NCBI GenBank assembly: GCA_044225935.1
Contig: JBGAHX010000020.1
Span: 2,632 to 66,631 of the forward strand
Direction: 5' to 3'
DNA length: 64,000 bases
Origin: Gemmatimonadaceae bacterium
GTDB lineage: Bacteria; Gemmatimonadota; Gemmatimonadetes; Gemmatimonadales; Gemmatimonadaceae
Shown here piece by piece: positions 17,855 to 26,882 of the stretch. The notes under the pieces were generated by a model that was given only the letters and a program-made list of their open reading frames with translations, was not told the origin of the DNA and did no database searches. The translations under genes and the position numbers were made by a program. Position 1 is the first letter of the stretch; the number at the start of each line of letters is the position of its first letter.

Positions 17855-19258
17855 CTACTTGAAGCCCTGCACAAGCGATTGGATCAGTAGTGCCCATCCG
17901 TCAACCAGCACAAACAGCAGCAGCTTGAAGGGGAGGGCGATCATCGCGGGCGGGAGCATGAACATGCCCATGCTCATCAGGATCGAGCTGACGATGATGT
18001 CGATGACGATGAACGGGAGAAACAGGACGAAGCCGAGCTGGAAGGCGGTGCGCAGTTCGCTGGTGACGAAGGCGCTGGTGAGGACGATGGTCGAGACATC
18101 CTCGGGGCGCGCCGGCGGTGCTTCACCGCTCATGTCGACGAAGGCGGCGACGTCGCGCTCGCGCACCTGGCGGAGCATGAAGTCGCGCATTGGGCCGAGG
18201 GCGTTCTTCATCATCGCCCCCTGCTCGATCTGCCCGTCGAGCCACGGCGTGATCGCCACCCGATTCACTTCCTTCATCGTCGGCGCCATCACGAAGCCCG
18301 TCAGGAGCAACGCGAGGGCGCTGATGAGCTGAGCCGGGGGAGCCGTCTGCGTACCGAGCGCCTGCTTGAGGAACTGCAGGACGATCAGGATGCGCGTGAA
18401 GCTCGTCATCATGAGAACGAGCGTCGGGAGGAGCGTCAGCAGCCCGAGCATGATCACCACGCCGACCGAGCCGCTGAGCCGGAGCCCGCCCGGGCCGCTC
18501 CCGTCGACGCTGAGGTCCAGCTTCGGCATCGCCTTGCCTAACGCGTCGTCGAGTGAGGTCGACCCCTGTGCCGCCGGCACGGTGCTCGTCGCGGCGCGAG
18601 GCTGGGCCACGCCCTGCGGCGTGGCGGTCGCCGGACGCCCGTTGGCTGGCGCCGGTCCCGCTCCCCTCGTCGCGCCGTTCCGGGGCGCGCCTTGCGCCGC
18701 TCCCGCGGCGGCACCCTGTGGTGCTCCCTGTGCGCCTTGCGGTCGTGCGGGAGCTCCCGTCGCCTGGCGATTCGCTGGGGCATTCGTCGCCGCACCGGTG
18801 GCGCCGGCGCCAGTCGCCGCCTGTGCGAACGAGAGTCGCGGCGTGACGGCGAGCGACACGCCCGCCAGCAGCAACAGCGGAAGTCCCGCCGAGCGCAGGC
18901 CGTGCATCAGCGCGGCGCGAAAGTCGCGCGGCGCGCCGGGCGCGCCGGAAATGGGACCGGTGATCGCCTCGCGCACCGGGGCCGGCGCATTCGCCGCCTC
19001 CGCGTCGAGTTCGGCGATCGCGCGCACTCCCCCCTCGCCCACACTCACCGCAACGAGCTGCCCCCCGATGCGCACCACCGCGATCCCCTGACGGGGACCG
19101 AGCGCGATGCGCTGCACGATCTCGAGCTGCACGCCACCTTTGGATTTCCCCAGCGCCGCGCCGTTCGACACCTTGCGCAGGACGCGCATGGTGATCGCCA
19201 GCAGCGCCAGGACGAAGGCCAGGGTCAGCGCGACACCGACGAGCGACGCAAAGCTCAC
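17855..19258 (-). CDS. fliP: FliO and FliP encoded in one uninterrupted reading frame (fusion, or fliP initiating internally at 18907)
   Basis: aa 1-85 are FliO-like (one TM helix, then VQLEIVQRIALGPRQGIAVVRIGGQLVAVSVGEGGV). An internal MHGLRSAGLPLLLLAGVSLAVTPRLSFAQA looks like the FliP signal peptide. The C-terminus is canonical FliP (MTSFTRILIVLQFLKQALGTQTAPP...). Confidence 0.85.
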   Translation of the reverse strand: MSFASLVGVALTLAFVLALLAITMRVLRKVSNGAALGKSKGGVQLEIVQRIALGPRQGIAVVRIGGQLVAVSVGEGGVRAIAELDAEAANAPAPVREAITGPISGAPGAPRDFRAALMHGLRSAGLPLLLLAGVSLAVTPRLSFAQAATGAGATGAATNAPANRQATGAPARPQGAQGAPQGAAAGAAQGAPRNGATRGAGPAPANGRPATATPQGVAQPRAATSTVPAAQGSTSLDDALGKAMPKLDLSVDGSGPGGLRLSGSVGVVIMLGLLTLLPTLVLMMTSFTRILIVLQFLKQALGTQTAPPAQLISALALLLTGFVMAPTMKEVNRVAITPWLDGQIEQGAMMKNALGPMRDFMLRQVRERDVAAFVDMSGEAPPARPEDVSTIVLTSAFVTSELRTAFQLGFVLFLPFIVIDIIVSSILMSMGMFMLPPAMIALPFKLLLFVLVDGWALLIQSLVQGFK

Positions 19259-19596
19259 GCGGCAGACTCGGTAATGGCCTTCTTGGAGAGGATGCGCGTG
19301 ATGCGCACCCCGAAGTGCTCGCCGAGCACCACCACTTCGCCCTCGGCGAAACGGCGGTCGCCGACGAAGATGTCGATCGGCTCGCCGGCGAGTCGGTCGA
19401 GCTGCACCACGCTCCCGCGACCGAGGCGCAGAACCTCCTGCACGGTCATCGAGGTACGCCCTAACTCGATCGAGACCGGGAGCGTGAGGTCGAGGACGAG
19501 CGAGATCGGGACTTCGCCGCCTGCGGAAAGGACGGCCGTGATCTCCTCGAAGTTGGCCTCCATCGGGTCGGGCGCGTTCATGTCGGGAGCGGTCAT
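19255..19596 (-). CDS. fliN: Flagellar switch protein FliN
   Basis: SpoA-type C-terminus IELGRTSMTVQEVLRLGRGSVVQLDRLAGEPIDIFVGDRRFAEGEVVV. Confidence 0.9.
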   Translation of the reverse strand: MTAPDMNAPDPMEANFEEITAVLSAGGEVPISLVLDLTLPVSIELGRTSMTVQEVLRLGRGSVVQLDRLAGEPIDIFVGDRRFAEGEVVVLGEHFGVRITRILSKKAITESAA

Positions 19597-20618
19597 TTCG
19601 TCTTGGTCCGCGTGATCGGGAGGGTATCGGTCTCGGGCGCCGGGAGGAGCCCTTCGGTAAGGCGTACGGCGAGCGACGGTCCGATGCGTCCGGGGGCGCC
19701 CGTGAAGCGCACCTGCGAGCCGACGACGACGTTCAACTCGGCGTTGCGCATGATGCCGGTCGACACGACGCTCCCCGCCTGCAGGCCGAGGAGCTCGCGC
19801 ATGGTCATCCGGAAGGCAGGGAGGCGCGCCGCGACGGCGATACGCGTCCCGCGCACCGAGTGCTCGGCGATGTTGCGATTCACGCTGCGCTCGTCGTCCG
19901 TTCCCAGCACCGCCTCACGGCGCTCGGAGCCGCCGGCGAAGAAGCGCTCGAGGACGGCGAACGGGAGACAAATGAGGAGCAGCGAGCGCGTCTCGGCCGC
20001 CGACACCTCGATGTTCGCCACGAGGACCGGATCCTCGCGATTGGCGATGCGCAGGATCTCGGGGATCGACTCGAAGCCGGTGAGCGCGAGATCCATCTCG
20101 ATGTAGTCCTGCCACACTTCCTGCAGCACGTTGAGCACGCGGTCGGCGACCACCCGCACGGCCATGCGCTCGATCGGCGTGAGTGCCCGCGCAGGGATCG
20201 CTGGCGACCCGCTGCCGCCGAAGAGGCGATCAACAAGGAAGTAGGCGAACTCGTGCCCGAAATCGATCACCCCCTGCTGCCCCCCCGTCCCGTTCAGCTC
20301 GAACGTGTACGAGGCGCACGGCGTGGGGAGGGAGAGCGTGAATTCGCCGAAGGAGAACTGCTCGACGCTCTGCAGTTGCAGCTGTACGCCGCCGCGCACG
20401 CGCCCGAGGAGCCATCCCTCGAGCGACTTGGCGAAGCGCTCGTACATGGCCTCGAGCGTACGCAGCCGCTCCTTGGAGATGCGGTGCGGGCGCCGGAAAT
20501 CGTAGACCTGCGCGTCGATCTCCTCGCGCGCGATCGGGATCGCGGTCGCGGCAGCGCTACGCCCTCCTCCACCGAGGAGGGCGTCGATCTCGTTCTGGGA
20601 AAGTGTCTCGGACGCCAC
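19593..20618 (-). CDS. fliM: Flagellar switch protein FliM
   Basis: N-terminal LSQNEIDALL CheY-P binding motif; 341 aa. Confidence 0.92.
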   Translation of the reverse strand: MASETLSQNEIDALLGGGGRSAAATAIPIAREEIDAQVYDFRRPHRISKERLRTLEAMYERFAKSLEGWLLGRVRGGVQLQLQSVEQFSFGEFTLSLPTPCASYTFELNGTGGQQGVIDFGHEFAYFLVDRLFGGSGSPAIPARALTPIERMAVRVVADRVLNVLQEVWQDYIEMDLALTGFESIPEILRIANREDPVLVANIEVSAAETRSLLLICLPFAVLERFFAGGSERREAVLGTDDERSVNRNIAEHSVRGTRIAVAARLPAFRMTMRELLGLQAGSVVSTGIMRNAELNVVVGSQVRFTGAPGRIGPSLAVRLTEGLLPAPETDTLPITRTKTK

Positions 20619-20621
20619 GGC

Positions 20622-21215
20622 CTACTGGATGACAAACTGCGGGAAGTAGACTCGGCGGATCGGCTTCTTCTTGGACTTCTTGAACAGCGTGGCCAGCGAG
20701 TCGGCCAGCTCCTCCTTGATCGCCTCGCGATGTCCCATGTCGGAGAGCTCCTCCACCGTCTTGGAGCCCATCACCCGCAGGATCACGTCCCGCACCTCGC
20801 TGTCGCGGCTCTTCATCTCCTCGACCTGCGACGCTTCGTTGAACTCGAGCGCGGCGGCGAGCATCAGGAATCGCGAACCGCCGGAGCCGGCCGGGTTGAG
20901 CACCAGGTTGTCGATCAGGTGCAGATTCGAGGCGGCTCCCCCTTCGCCCCCCTCGCCATGCTCGCCGCCGGCAGGCGCTGCGTGCTCGCCGCCCCCCTCA
21001 CCTTCCGCCTCGGCGTCGCCGCCCGCGGAGTCGTGCGCGGCAGGGGACACGACGTAGCCCGACTTCTTGGCGAGCATCGGGCCAACGGCGAAGACCCCAG
21101 CAGCGCCGCCGATCAGGAGACTCCCGACCAGCGCCCCGATGAGGACGACGCCCTTGGGGCCGGCATTGACCGGCGCTTCTCCACCTTCTGCAGCTGGTGC
21201 TGGTTGATCTGACAT
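20622..21215 (-). CDS. fliL: Flagellar basal body protein FliL
   Basis: TM helix then LIDNLVLNPAGSGGSRFLMLAAALEF ... YFPQFVIQ, typical FliL. Confidence 0.85.
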   Translation of the reverse strand: MSDQPAPAAEGGEAPVNAGPKGVVLIGALVGSLLIGGAAGVFAVGPMLAKKSGYVVSPAAHDSAGGDAEAEGEGGGEHAAPAGGEHGEGGEGGAASNLHLIDNLVLNPAGSGGSRFLMLAAALEFNEASQVEEMKSRDSEVRDVILRVMGSKTVEELSDMGHREAIKEELADSLATLFKKSKKKPIRRVYFPQFVIQ

Positions 21216-21267
21216 GAGTGGGACGGCGGGAGGGAGCGAGAGAACACACGACGTGCGCAGGTGTGAA

Positions 21268-21284
21268 AAGCACGCCGCGGGCCA
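21268..21284 (-). promoter_or_regulatory. Candidate sigma54 promoter upstream of fliL
   Basis: Minus-strand TGGCCCGCGGCGTGCTT has GG-N10-GC spacing. About 55 nt upstream of the fliL ATG, in a 398 nt gap after flgE. Confidence 0.45.
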
Positions 21285-21323
21285 GTCGAGCGCGGCGAGA
21301 TTCTCGCGTCGAATGTGACTCGC

Positions 21324-21346
21324 AACACGTTGAAATCAAACGTGTT
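21324..21346. promoter_or_regulatory. AT-richer palindrome AACACGTT-N7-AACGTGTT
   Basis: Perfect 8 bp inverted repeat in the flgE-fliL intergenic region. Function unknown (protein site or RNA hairpin). Confidence 0.4.
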
Positions 21347-21613
21347 AAGCCGTCTCTTGATGCGCCGGATGGGACTCCGCACCACTCGGCACGAATGCGC
21401 GCTCCGGCAGGCTTTGCCGGGCGCAGATGGCGGAATTTTCTGCCATGGCACCCCGCGGTCGCACAGCCGGAACACGCTTAAGGGCGCGCTCGAGACTTGG
21501 CGGACGCAAGGAACCGCGCCCCATCCGCGCGCCGCGCAAACGGGGAGGTGGCTGGAGGCAGTAGCGGCGACGGCGCGCTGGGCGCGCCGCCACCGAATTG
21601 GGCCTACCGCGGG

Positions 21614-22909
21614 TTACCGCTTGAGGTTCACCAACTCCTGCAGCATTTCGTCGCTGCTGGTGATCACGCGCGAGTTGGCCTGGAAGCCGCGTTGCGTGAC
21701 GATCATGTTCGTGAATTCCTGGGCGAGATCGACGTTCGACATTTCCAGCGCGCCGCTGGTCATCGTCGACTGGACCCCTTCGAGCGCGTAGCCGAGCACC
21801 GCGCCGCCCGAGTTCCCCGAGATCGCGTACATGTTGTCGCCGACGCGCAGGAGGCCGCCGGGGTTGTTGAAGTCGGCGAGGACGATCTGCGCCAGGACCA
21901 CGTTGGTGCCGTTGGTGAAGGCGCCGGTGATGAGTCCCGTGCGGTCGATCGAGAAGTTCTGCAGCTGGCCGGCCTCGTAGCCGTCCTGGTCCTTGAGCAC
22001 GGCCGTGTTGGTGCCGGCAAACGACGTGATGCCGTTCACCGTACCCAGGCCGAGTTCGAGGGTGACGTTGACCGCGGCCGCGCCCGGGGGCGTGAAGCTG
22101 ATCACCGGCGGCGAGGTCGGCGCGGCGGTGGTGAGGAGCCCGGCCGTGTCGAAGGTCAGCGTCTGCGGCGTGGAGTTGGGCGGGGTGAAGCCGGTCGGGA
22201 GGTTGGTCCCGTCGATCTGCCACGACCAGGTGTCGGCGGCCGTCTTCCAGAACTGCAGCTTGAGGTCGTGCTGGGCGCCTAACGAATCGAAGACGGTGAT
22301 CGAGCTCTCGGTCCACGAGTCGACGTTTGCCGGGTCGGCGCGCCCGGTGGCGTCGAAGACGCCGGTGAAGATCGGTGCGGCGGCATCGAGGTTGCCGGCC
22401 AGCGTGGCCGTCTCGGTCGCCTTCGCCGCCGTCTTCTGCCCGACCGGGAGGACGATGTTCTGGACGCCGTCGATGAAGACACCGTTGTCGGCCATCTTGC
22501 CCTGCACGACGAAGCCGTTCGTCGGCGAGACCAGCTGCCCGCGCGCGTCCAACTGGAAATTGCCGGAACGCGTGTAGTAGTTCTGCGTCCCCTTCTTCAC
22601 GACGAAGAAGGAGTCGCCCTGGATCGCCAGGTCGGTGGTGAGGCCGGTCGACTCCAGGTTCCCCTGGTTGAACATCATGTCGACGGAGCCGATCTGCATG
22701 CCGAGGCCGACCTGGATCGGGTTGATGCCGCCGAGGTCACCGGGGGGACGGCTCGCGCCCTGCAAGAGCTGGGCGAAGCCTTCCTTGAACGTCACGCGCC
22801 CCGCCTTGAAGGCGACGGTGTTGACGTTCGCAATGTTGTTTCCGATGACGTCCATGCGCACCTGGTGGTTGCGCAGGCCGGAGACACCGGAAAAGAGGGA
22901 ACGCATCAT
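21614..22909 (-). CDS. flgE: Flagellar hook protein FlgE
   Basis: MMRSLFSGVSGLRNHQVRMDVIGNNIANVNTVAFK ... LEMSNVDLAQEFTNMIVTQRGFQANS; 431 aa. Confidence 0.92.
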   Translation of the reverse strand: MMRSLFSGVSGLRNHQVRMDVIGNNIANVNTVAFKAGRVTFKEGFAQLLQGASRPPGDLGGINPIQVGLGMQIGSVDMMFNQGNLESTGLTTDLAIQGDSFFVVKKGTQNYYTRSGNFQLDARGQLVSPTNGFVVQGKMADNGVFIDGVQNIVLPVGQKTAAKATETATLAGNLDAAAPIFTGVFDATGRADPANVDSWTESSITVFDSLGAQHDLKLQFWKTAADTWSWQIDGTNLPTGFTPPNSTPQTLTFDTAGLLTTAAPTSPPVISFTPPGAAAVNVTLELGLGTVNGITSFAGTNTAVLKDQDGYEAGQLQNFSIDRTGLITGAFTNGTNVVLAQIVLADFNNPGGLLRVGDNMYAISGNSGGAVLGYALEGVQSTMTSGALEMSNVDLAQEFTNMIVTQRGFQANSRVITSSDEMLQELVNLKR

Positions 22910-22939
22910 GTGGGACTGGTCCTGGCTGAGGGATAGTCG

Positions 22940-23644
22940 TTAGGAAAGGATCTTGACGATTGCGGCCATCGAGATGGTGAGCGGTCCCATGGTCAGCATG
23001 GCGCTCCCGTCCTGGCCGAAGGTCATCCCGTCGATCTTGCCGACGGCGTACGTATGCTGCGGCACGTCCTTGCCGTCGCTCCCGACCACGTCGATGTGCA
23101 CCGAGTACGCGCCCTCCGTCGCCGCGCCTGCTGCCGCCGCGCCGATGTCGAAGGACTTCATGGTGCCGCTCCCGACGTAGCCTAACGAGCGTGATCCGAC
23201 TTCCCTGCCGGACTGGTCGTACAGCGTGAGCTTCGCCACGCCACTCTGCGAGATGTCGGCGAGCACGGTCCCTCCGAGGTTGCCGTCGGCATCCTTCGTG
23301 AGCATGACCTTGTCGCTGTCGATCACCGCACTCTTGCCGATGGCGTTCATCGCCGAGCTGTTGCTGACCGCCATCGCCAGGGTGTTGAACTGCCCCTGCT
23401 GGGCCGCCAGCTTGTCGTTGATGTTGAGCAGCTGCTCCAGCCCCGAGAACTGGGCCAGGTCCGCCGCCATCTGCTTTCCATCCATAGGATCCATCGGATC
23501 CTGGTACCGCATCTGCGTGGTGAGGAGCTTGAGGAACTCGTCCTTCCCCAGTTTGCCACCCGGCGCCGGGACGTCGGTCGACGAATTCCCCGTCGACGTC
23601 GCCGCGTAGGCCGAATTGGCGATGGACTGGATGATGTTGCTCAC
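22940..23644 (-). CDS. flgD: Hook capping/scaffold protein FlgD
   Basis: LGKDEFLKLLTTQMRYQDPMDPMD...QFSGLEQL is the FlgD signature. Confidence 0.9.
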   Translation of the reverse strand: MSNIIQSIANSAYAATSTGNSSTDVPAPGGKLGKDEFLKLLTTQMRYQDPMDPMDGKQMAADLAQFSGLEQLLNINDKLAAQQGQFNTLAMAVSNSSAMNAIGKSAVIDSDKVMLTKDADGNLGGTVLADISQSGVAKLTLYDQSGREVGSRSLGYVGSGTMKSFDIGAAAAGAATEGAYSVHIDVVGSDGKDVPQHTYAVGKIDGMTFGQDGSAMLTMGPLTISMAAIVKILS

Positions 23645-26205
23645 CGTCTGTCTCCCTTGCCGTCACGACGCTGCCGTGACCGCTGTTGATCGGTGCCGTC
23701 GCGCTCGAAGGCGCGGGGCGGGTTGCGCGAATCCCTCGCGGTGGAGCCACCACCATCCGATGCGGTGGCTGATGCGGCGCGCGCCACGTCGCGCTCGGCT
23801 GCAACGGCCGAGGCGGTGAGCACCGACGCATCCGTACTGCGACTGCTCGTGCGTACAACCATCGATTCCCCTTCCAACCCCTGCCGCTGCAACGCCTGCT
23901 GCAGCTCGGGAACCCGAGACCGCAACTCCGCGGCTGCTTGCGGGTCGGCGATGTCCAGCGTGGTCCCGACCGAATGCCCGCGCAGGTCGATGCGAATGCG
24001 ATCCTCGCCCCCGTCGGGAGCATCGAGTCGCAGCAGCACCGACGACATCGGACGATCGTTCGCCGCTTCCTGGATGCGCAGCACGCGCGCGATCCGTTCG
24101 GTGGCGTCCGATCGCGTCAGACCGGCCACCGGCGACGCGGAGCTCGCGCGCTCGCCACGATCCGTCGTCACCCCGTCGTGCGCCGCGAGGGCCTTGGCAG
24201 CATCGCCCTCGGCCGGTGCGGCGTGCGCAGCGAGGACGCCTTCCGTGCGGTCGCGTTCTCCGCGCTCCGACGACGAGCGGCGTTCGCCAGACGCTCCGTG
24301 ACGCTGCTCTCCATCGTTGGCGATGACCGGCGCAGGTGCGAGGCGCGAGTTCCCCGGTGTGGCGTTAGGCGCGCCGGCGGGAAGTGGCGTACTCTCCGCA
24401 CCATGCCCCGCGTCGTCGGCACGCGCGGCGTCGACCGCCGCCCCACCGCCAACAGCGGCAACCGATGCGACCTGGGCCACCTGCGCGACCGTCGCCACGT
24501 GCGCCACCGGTGCGACCTGCGCCACCGGCGCCACGGTCGCCGGCGCGGCCACCCCCGCCACTCCTGCGACGCTCGCTACCCCGGCAACGCGCGCGATGAA
24601 GCCGGGTGTTCCGGTGGCAGCCGGCGCGACCAGCGTTCGCGTCGTGAGCGCGGAGTTGTCGATCGTTCCCCGCACTCCCTCTTCGCGCGACGCGTCGACC
24701 GGAACGTTCGGGGACGCCGTCGTGGGGAAGGGGAGAATGTGCGGCGCGTCGCCGTTTGGCGTGGTCGGGAGGATGTGCACACCCCGCTCGTTGCCCGGGA
24801 CCCAGTTCCTGACTCCCTGCAACGGCGGTGTAGCCGACGGATCGATCGCCGATCGCATCGCCTTCGGGATCGCGGGCACCAGCGACTCATCCACCCCCAG
24901 CGGGACGATGTGGATGTCGCCCTCGGCGCCGCGCACGAGCCGCGGTGCGAGGTCGGGTGGCGGCGCCTGACGAGTGGCGGAGCTCCCGCTGCCCACGAGC
25001 TCGATGTGTCCCGGATCGCGCGGCCACAGCGTGCGCAGTCCTTCCTGCCGCGCCACGCGCGCCAGGCGCTCGAACCCCGCCGAGTTGCCGTAGCCGCCGT
25101 CGATCACCACGTCGGCGGCGTTCCCCGCGAGATGGCGCGAGTTGCGCGTCCAGGTGACGACGTCACCCGGCGCCGTACGCCCCTGCGCATACAGTGCGTC
25201 CTGTCGCTCCTGCGAGCGCGTCGTCTCGACGACCTGCACGGTGTAGCCGTACTCCTGCTCCATGCGGTCGATCACGCGCTCGAGTCGCGCGCGCAGTTCG
25301 GGCGCGAGCCCTTCCATCTCCTTGTTCACGGCGAGCGGGTCGCGCGCCGATGTGCCTTCGAGCACCAAGCGTCGCGCGGCACTCGCCGCCTCGTCGATCA
25401 CTCGCTCGTCGATGGTGATCGCCGAGTCGCCCGTCGTCGTGGCGGTGGTTGCCGCCGGCGTTGCGGCTGACGGAGATCCGTTCGTCGCCGTCACGTTCAT
25501 CCCCGCGATGGCACCGGCGACCGCCGCGGCATTGCCGGCGACCAGGGTGAGCGGCGGAAGGGGGGCGACCGCGGCGTCCAACGGCTGCTCGACGAAGCTC
25601 GTCGCGGCGCCCGAGGCGTCGGGAGTCGCATCGCCCGTCGCGCCCGCAGTGTCATCCGCATCGCGCGACGCACTGCGGTCGTTGGCCGACGAAAGGCGTA
25701 CGGATGTCCGCGCCCCCGGCGTCCCAACGAACGTGGTCCCCGGCTCGCGACCGTTGCTCTTCGCATCGCGCCGCGCGTCGATGCGAGCGTCGGTGCTGCG
25801 CTCCGACGCGCCACGCACGCTACGCGCGCTCTCGCTCGCATCACGCGGCGCCGATTCGCGACGATCGTTCGCGCTGTCACGCGTCGATTCGCGACCTGCT
25901 TCGCGGGGAGACTCGTGCGTCGCCTCGCGCGGCGCGTTGTCGTCGCGCATCGCGCGCACCTCTCGGGCGTGCACGTCGGCAATCCGACGCTCGTCGGCCG
26001 ACTCGCCGCCGTGCGCGACGTCGCGTTTCGCTTCGCGCGATCGACGCATGGCCGCTTCGCGACTCTCCGACGGCTCGTGCAACGCGCTCGAGAGCGCGTG
26101 ACCGAACGTACGCGCGGGCTCGACGGCGCGATGCGTCATATCGTTAGTCGCGGCGGGCGAAGCGGGCTCCGACGCCGGACGGACGTACGAGACGGGGAGC
26201 GTCAT
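23641..26205 (-). CDS. fliK: FliK-type hook-length control protein with an internal M15-family zinc peptidase domain
   Basis: 854 aa in the fliK slot. The C-terminal VLLRLDAPDGGEDRIRIDLRGHSVGTTLDIADPQAAAELRSRVPELQQALQRQG is Flg_hook-like. aa ~296-405 read TTRSQERQDALYAQGRT...SRHLAGNAADVV...DPGHIEL (H-x6-D...H, M15 pattern). Long low-complexity linkers. Confidence 0.7.
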   Translation of the reverse strand: MTLPVSYVRPASEPASPAATNDMTHRAVEPARTFGHALSSALHEPSESREAAMRRSREAKRDVAHGGESADERRIADVHAREVRAMRDDNAPREATHESPREAGRESTRDSANDRRESAPRDASESARSVRGASERSTDARIDARRDAKSNGREPGTTFVGTPGARTSVRLSSANDRSASRDADDTAGATGDATPDASGAATSFVEQPLDAAVAPLPPLTLVAGNAAAVAGAIAGMNVTATNGSPSAATPAATTATTTGDSAITIDERVIDEAASAARRLVLEGTSARDPLAVNKEMEGLAPELRARLERVIDRMEQEYGYTVQVVETTRSQERQDALYAQGRTAPGDVVTWTRNSRHLAGNAADVVIDGGYGNSAGFERLARVARQEGLRTLWPRDPGHIELVGSGSSATRQAPPPDLAPRLVRGAEGDIHIVPLGVDESLVPAIPKAMRSAIDPSATPPLQGVRNWVPGNERGVHILPTTPNGDAPHILPFPTTASPNVPVDASREEGVRGTIDNSALTTRTLVAPAATGTPGFIARVAGVASVAGVAGVAAPATVAPVAQVAPVAHVATVAQVAQVASVAAVGGGAAVDAARADDAGHGAESTPLPAGAPNATPGNSRLAPAPVIANDGEQRHGASGERRSSSERGERDRTEGVLAAHAAPAEGDAAKALAAHDGVTTDRGERASSASPVAGLTRSDATERIARVLRIQEAANDRPMSSVLLRLDAPDGGEDRIRIDLRGHSVGTTLDIADPQAAAELRSRVPELQQALQRQGLEGESMVVRTSSRSTDASVLTASAVAAERDVARAASATASDGGGSTARDSRNPPRAFERDGTDQQRSRQRRDGKGDRR

Positions 26206-26882
26206 GGCTGCACCACGGCAGCGCGGAGCACCGCCTTGCTGATCGTCGCGGCACGGGCGGGGGGGAAGTTGCGCAGGATCGCCGCCGCCTGCTTTTCGCT
26301 CAGCGTCGAGATCACGCTCTGCACCTCGGTGTCCTCGAGTTGCTCGAGTACCATCGCGGCATCCTTGGCCGGCATCGCGGCAAAGATCTTCGCAACCTTC
26401 GACACGCCGGGGGGCGGCGTCTTCGCGGCAGACGTGACGATAGGGCGCGGCGGCGGCGTCGGTCGCGAAGTGCTACCCGGTACTGTTCCGGGCGACCCGT
26501 TCGACTCGACCGTCTGCACGGCCCTGTTGTAAGTCTTTGGAGTCTTGGTGGCCGACGGAGCGGGCGCATGCGCGGTCTCGACAGCCGGCGCAGCTCCGTG
26601 GCTGCTCGGCTTCTCGGCGCCGCCGTGCTCGGGCGCGCCATGCTCGGCGGCCGAGGATGAATCGGCCGGCACGCCTTCGGCCGTGGAATCCGCTCCGTGC
26701 CCGGTCGATGCGACGTGCTTCGCTCCTTCCTCCTCGGCTTTCGCCAACGAGTCGGCGACGAGAGCCGCCTTGCGCGCGACATCGGCTGCGTAGGCCTTCT
26801 TGGCGTTCATCACCGACACCGCCGATCCGCCGCCCAACCCGACCACGAGGCCGATCACCGCGAGCACAATGAGCTTCATCAT
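26202..26882 (-). CDS. YlxF/FlbB-like flagellar protein with an MgtE-N-like C-terminal region
   Basis: N-terminal TM helix; C-terminal KIFAAMPAKDAAMVLEQLEDTEVQSVISTLSEKQAAAILRNF. Position between fliJ and fliK, as for Bacillus ylxF. Confidence 0.5.
   Translation of the reverse strand: MMKLIVLAVIGLVVGLGGGSAVSVMNAKKAYAADVARKAALVADSLAKAEEEGAKHVASTGHGADSTAEGVPADSSSAAEHGAPEHGGAEKPSSHGAAPAVETAHAPAPSATKTPKTYNRAVQTVESNGSPGTVPGSTSRPTPPPRPIVTSAAKTPPPGVSKVAKIFAAMPAKDAAMVLEQLEDTEVQSVISTLSEKQAAAILRNFPPARAATISKAVLRAAVVQP

Noticed and set aside
21440-21470. TGGCAC-containing sequence (plus strand) and its complement as an additional sigma54 promoter
   Set aside because: GG to GC spacing is 11-12 nt rather than 10 on either strand, and no plus-strand gene lies downstream.
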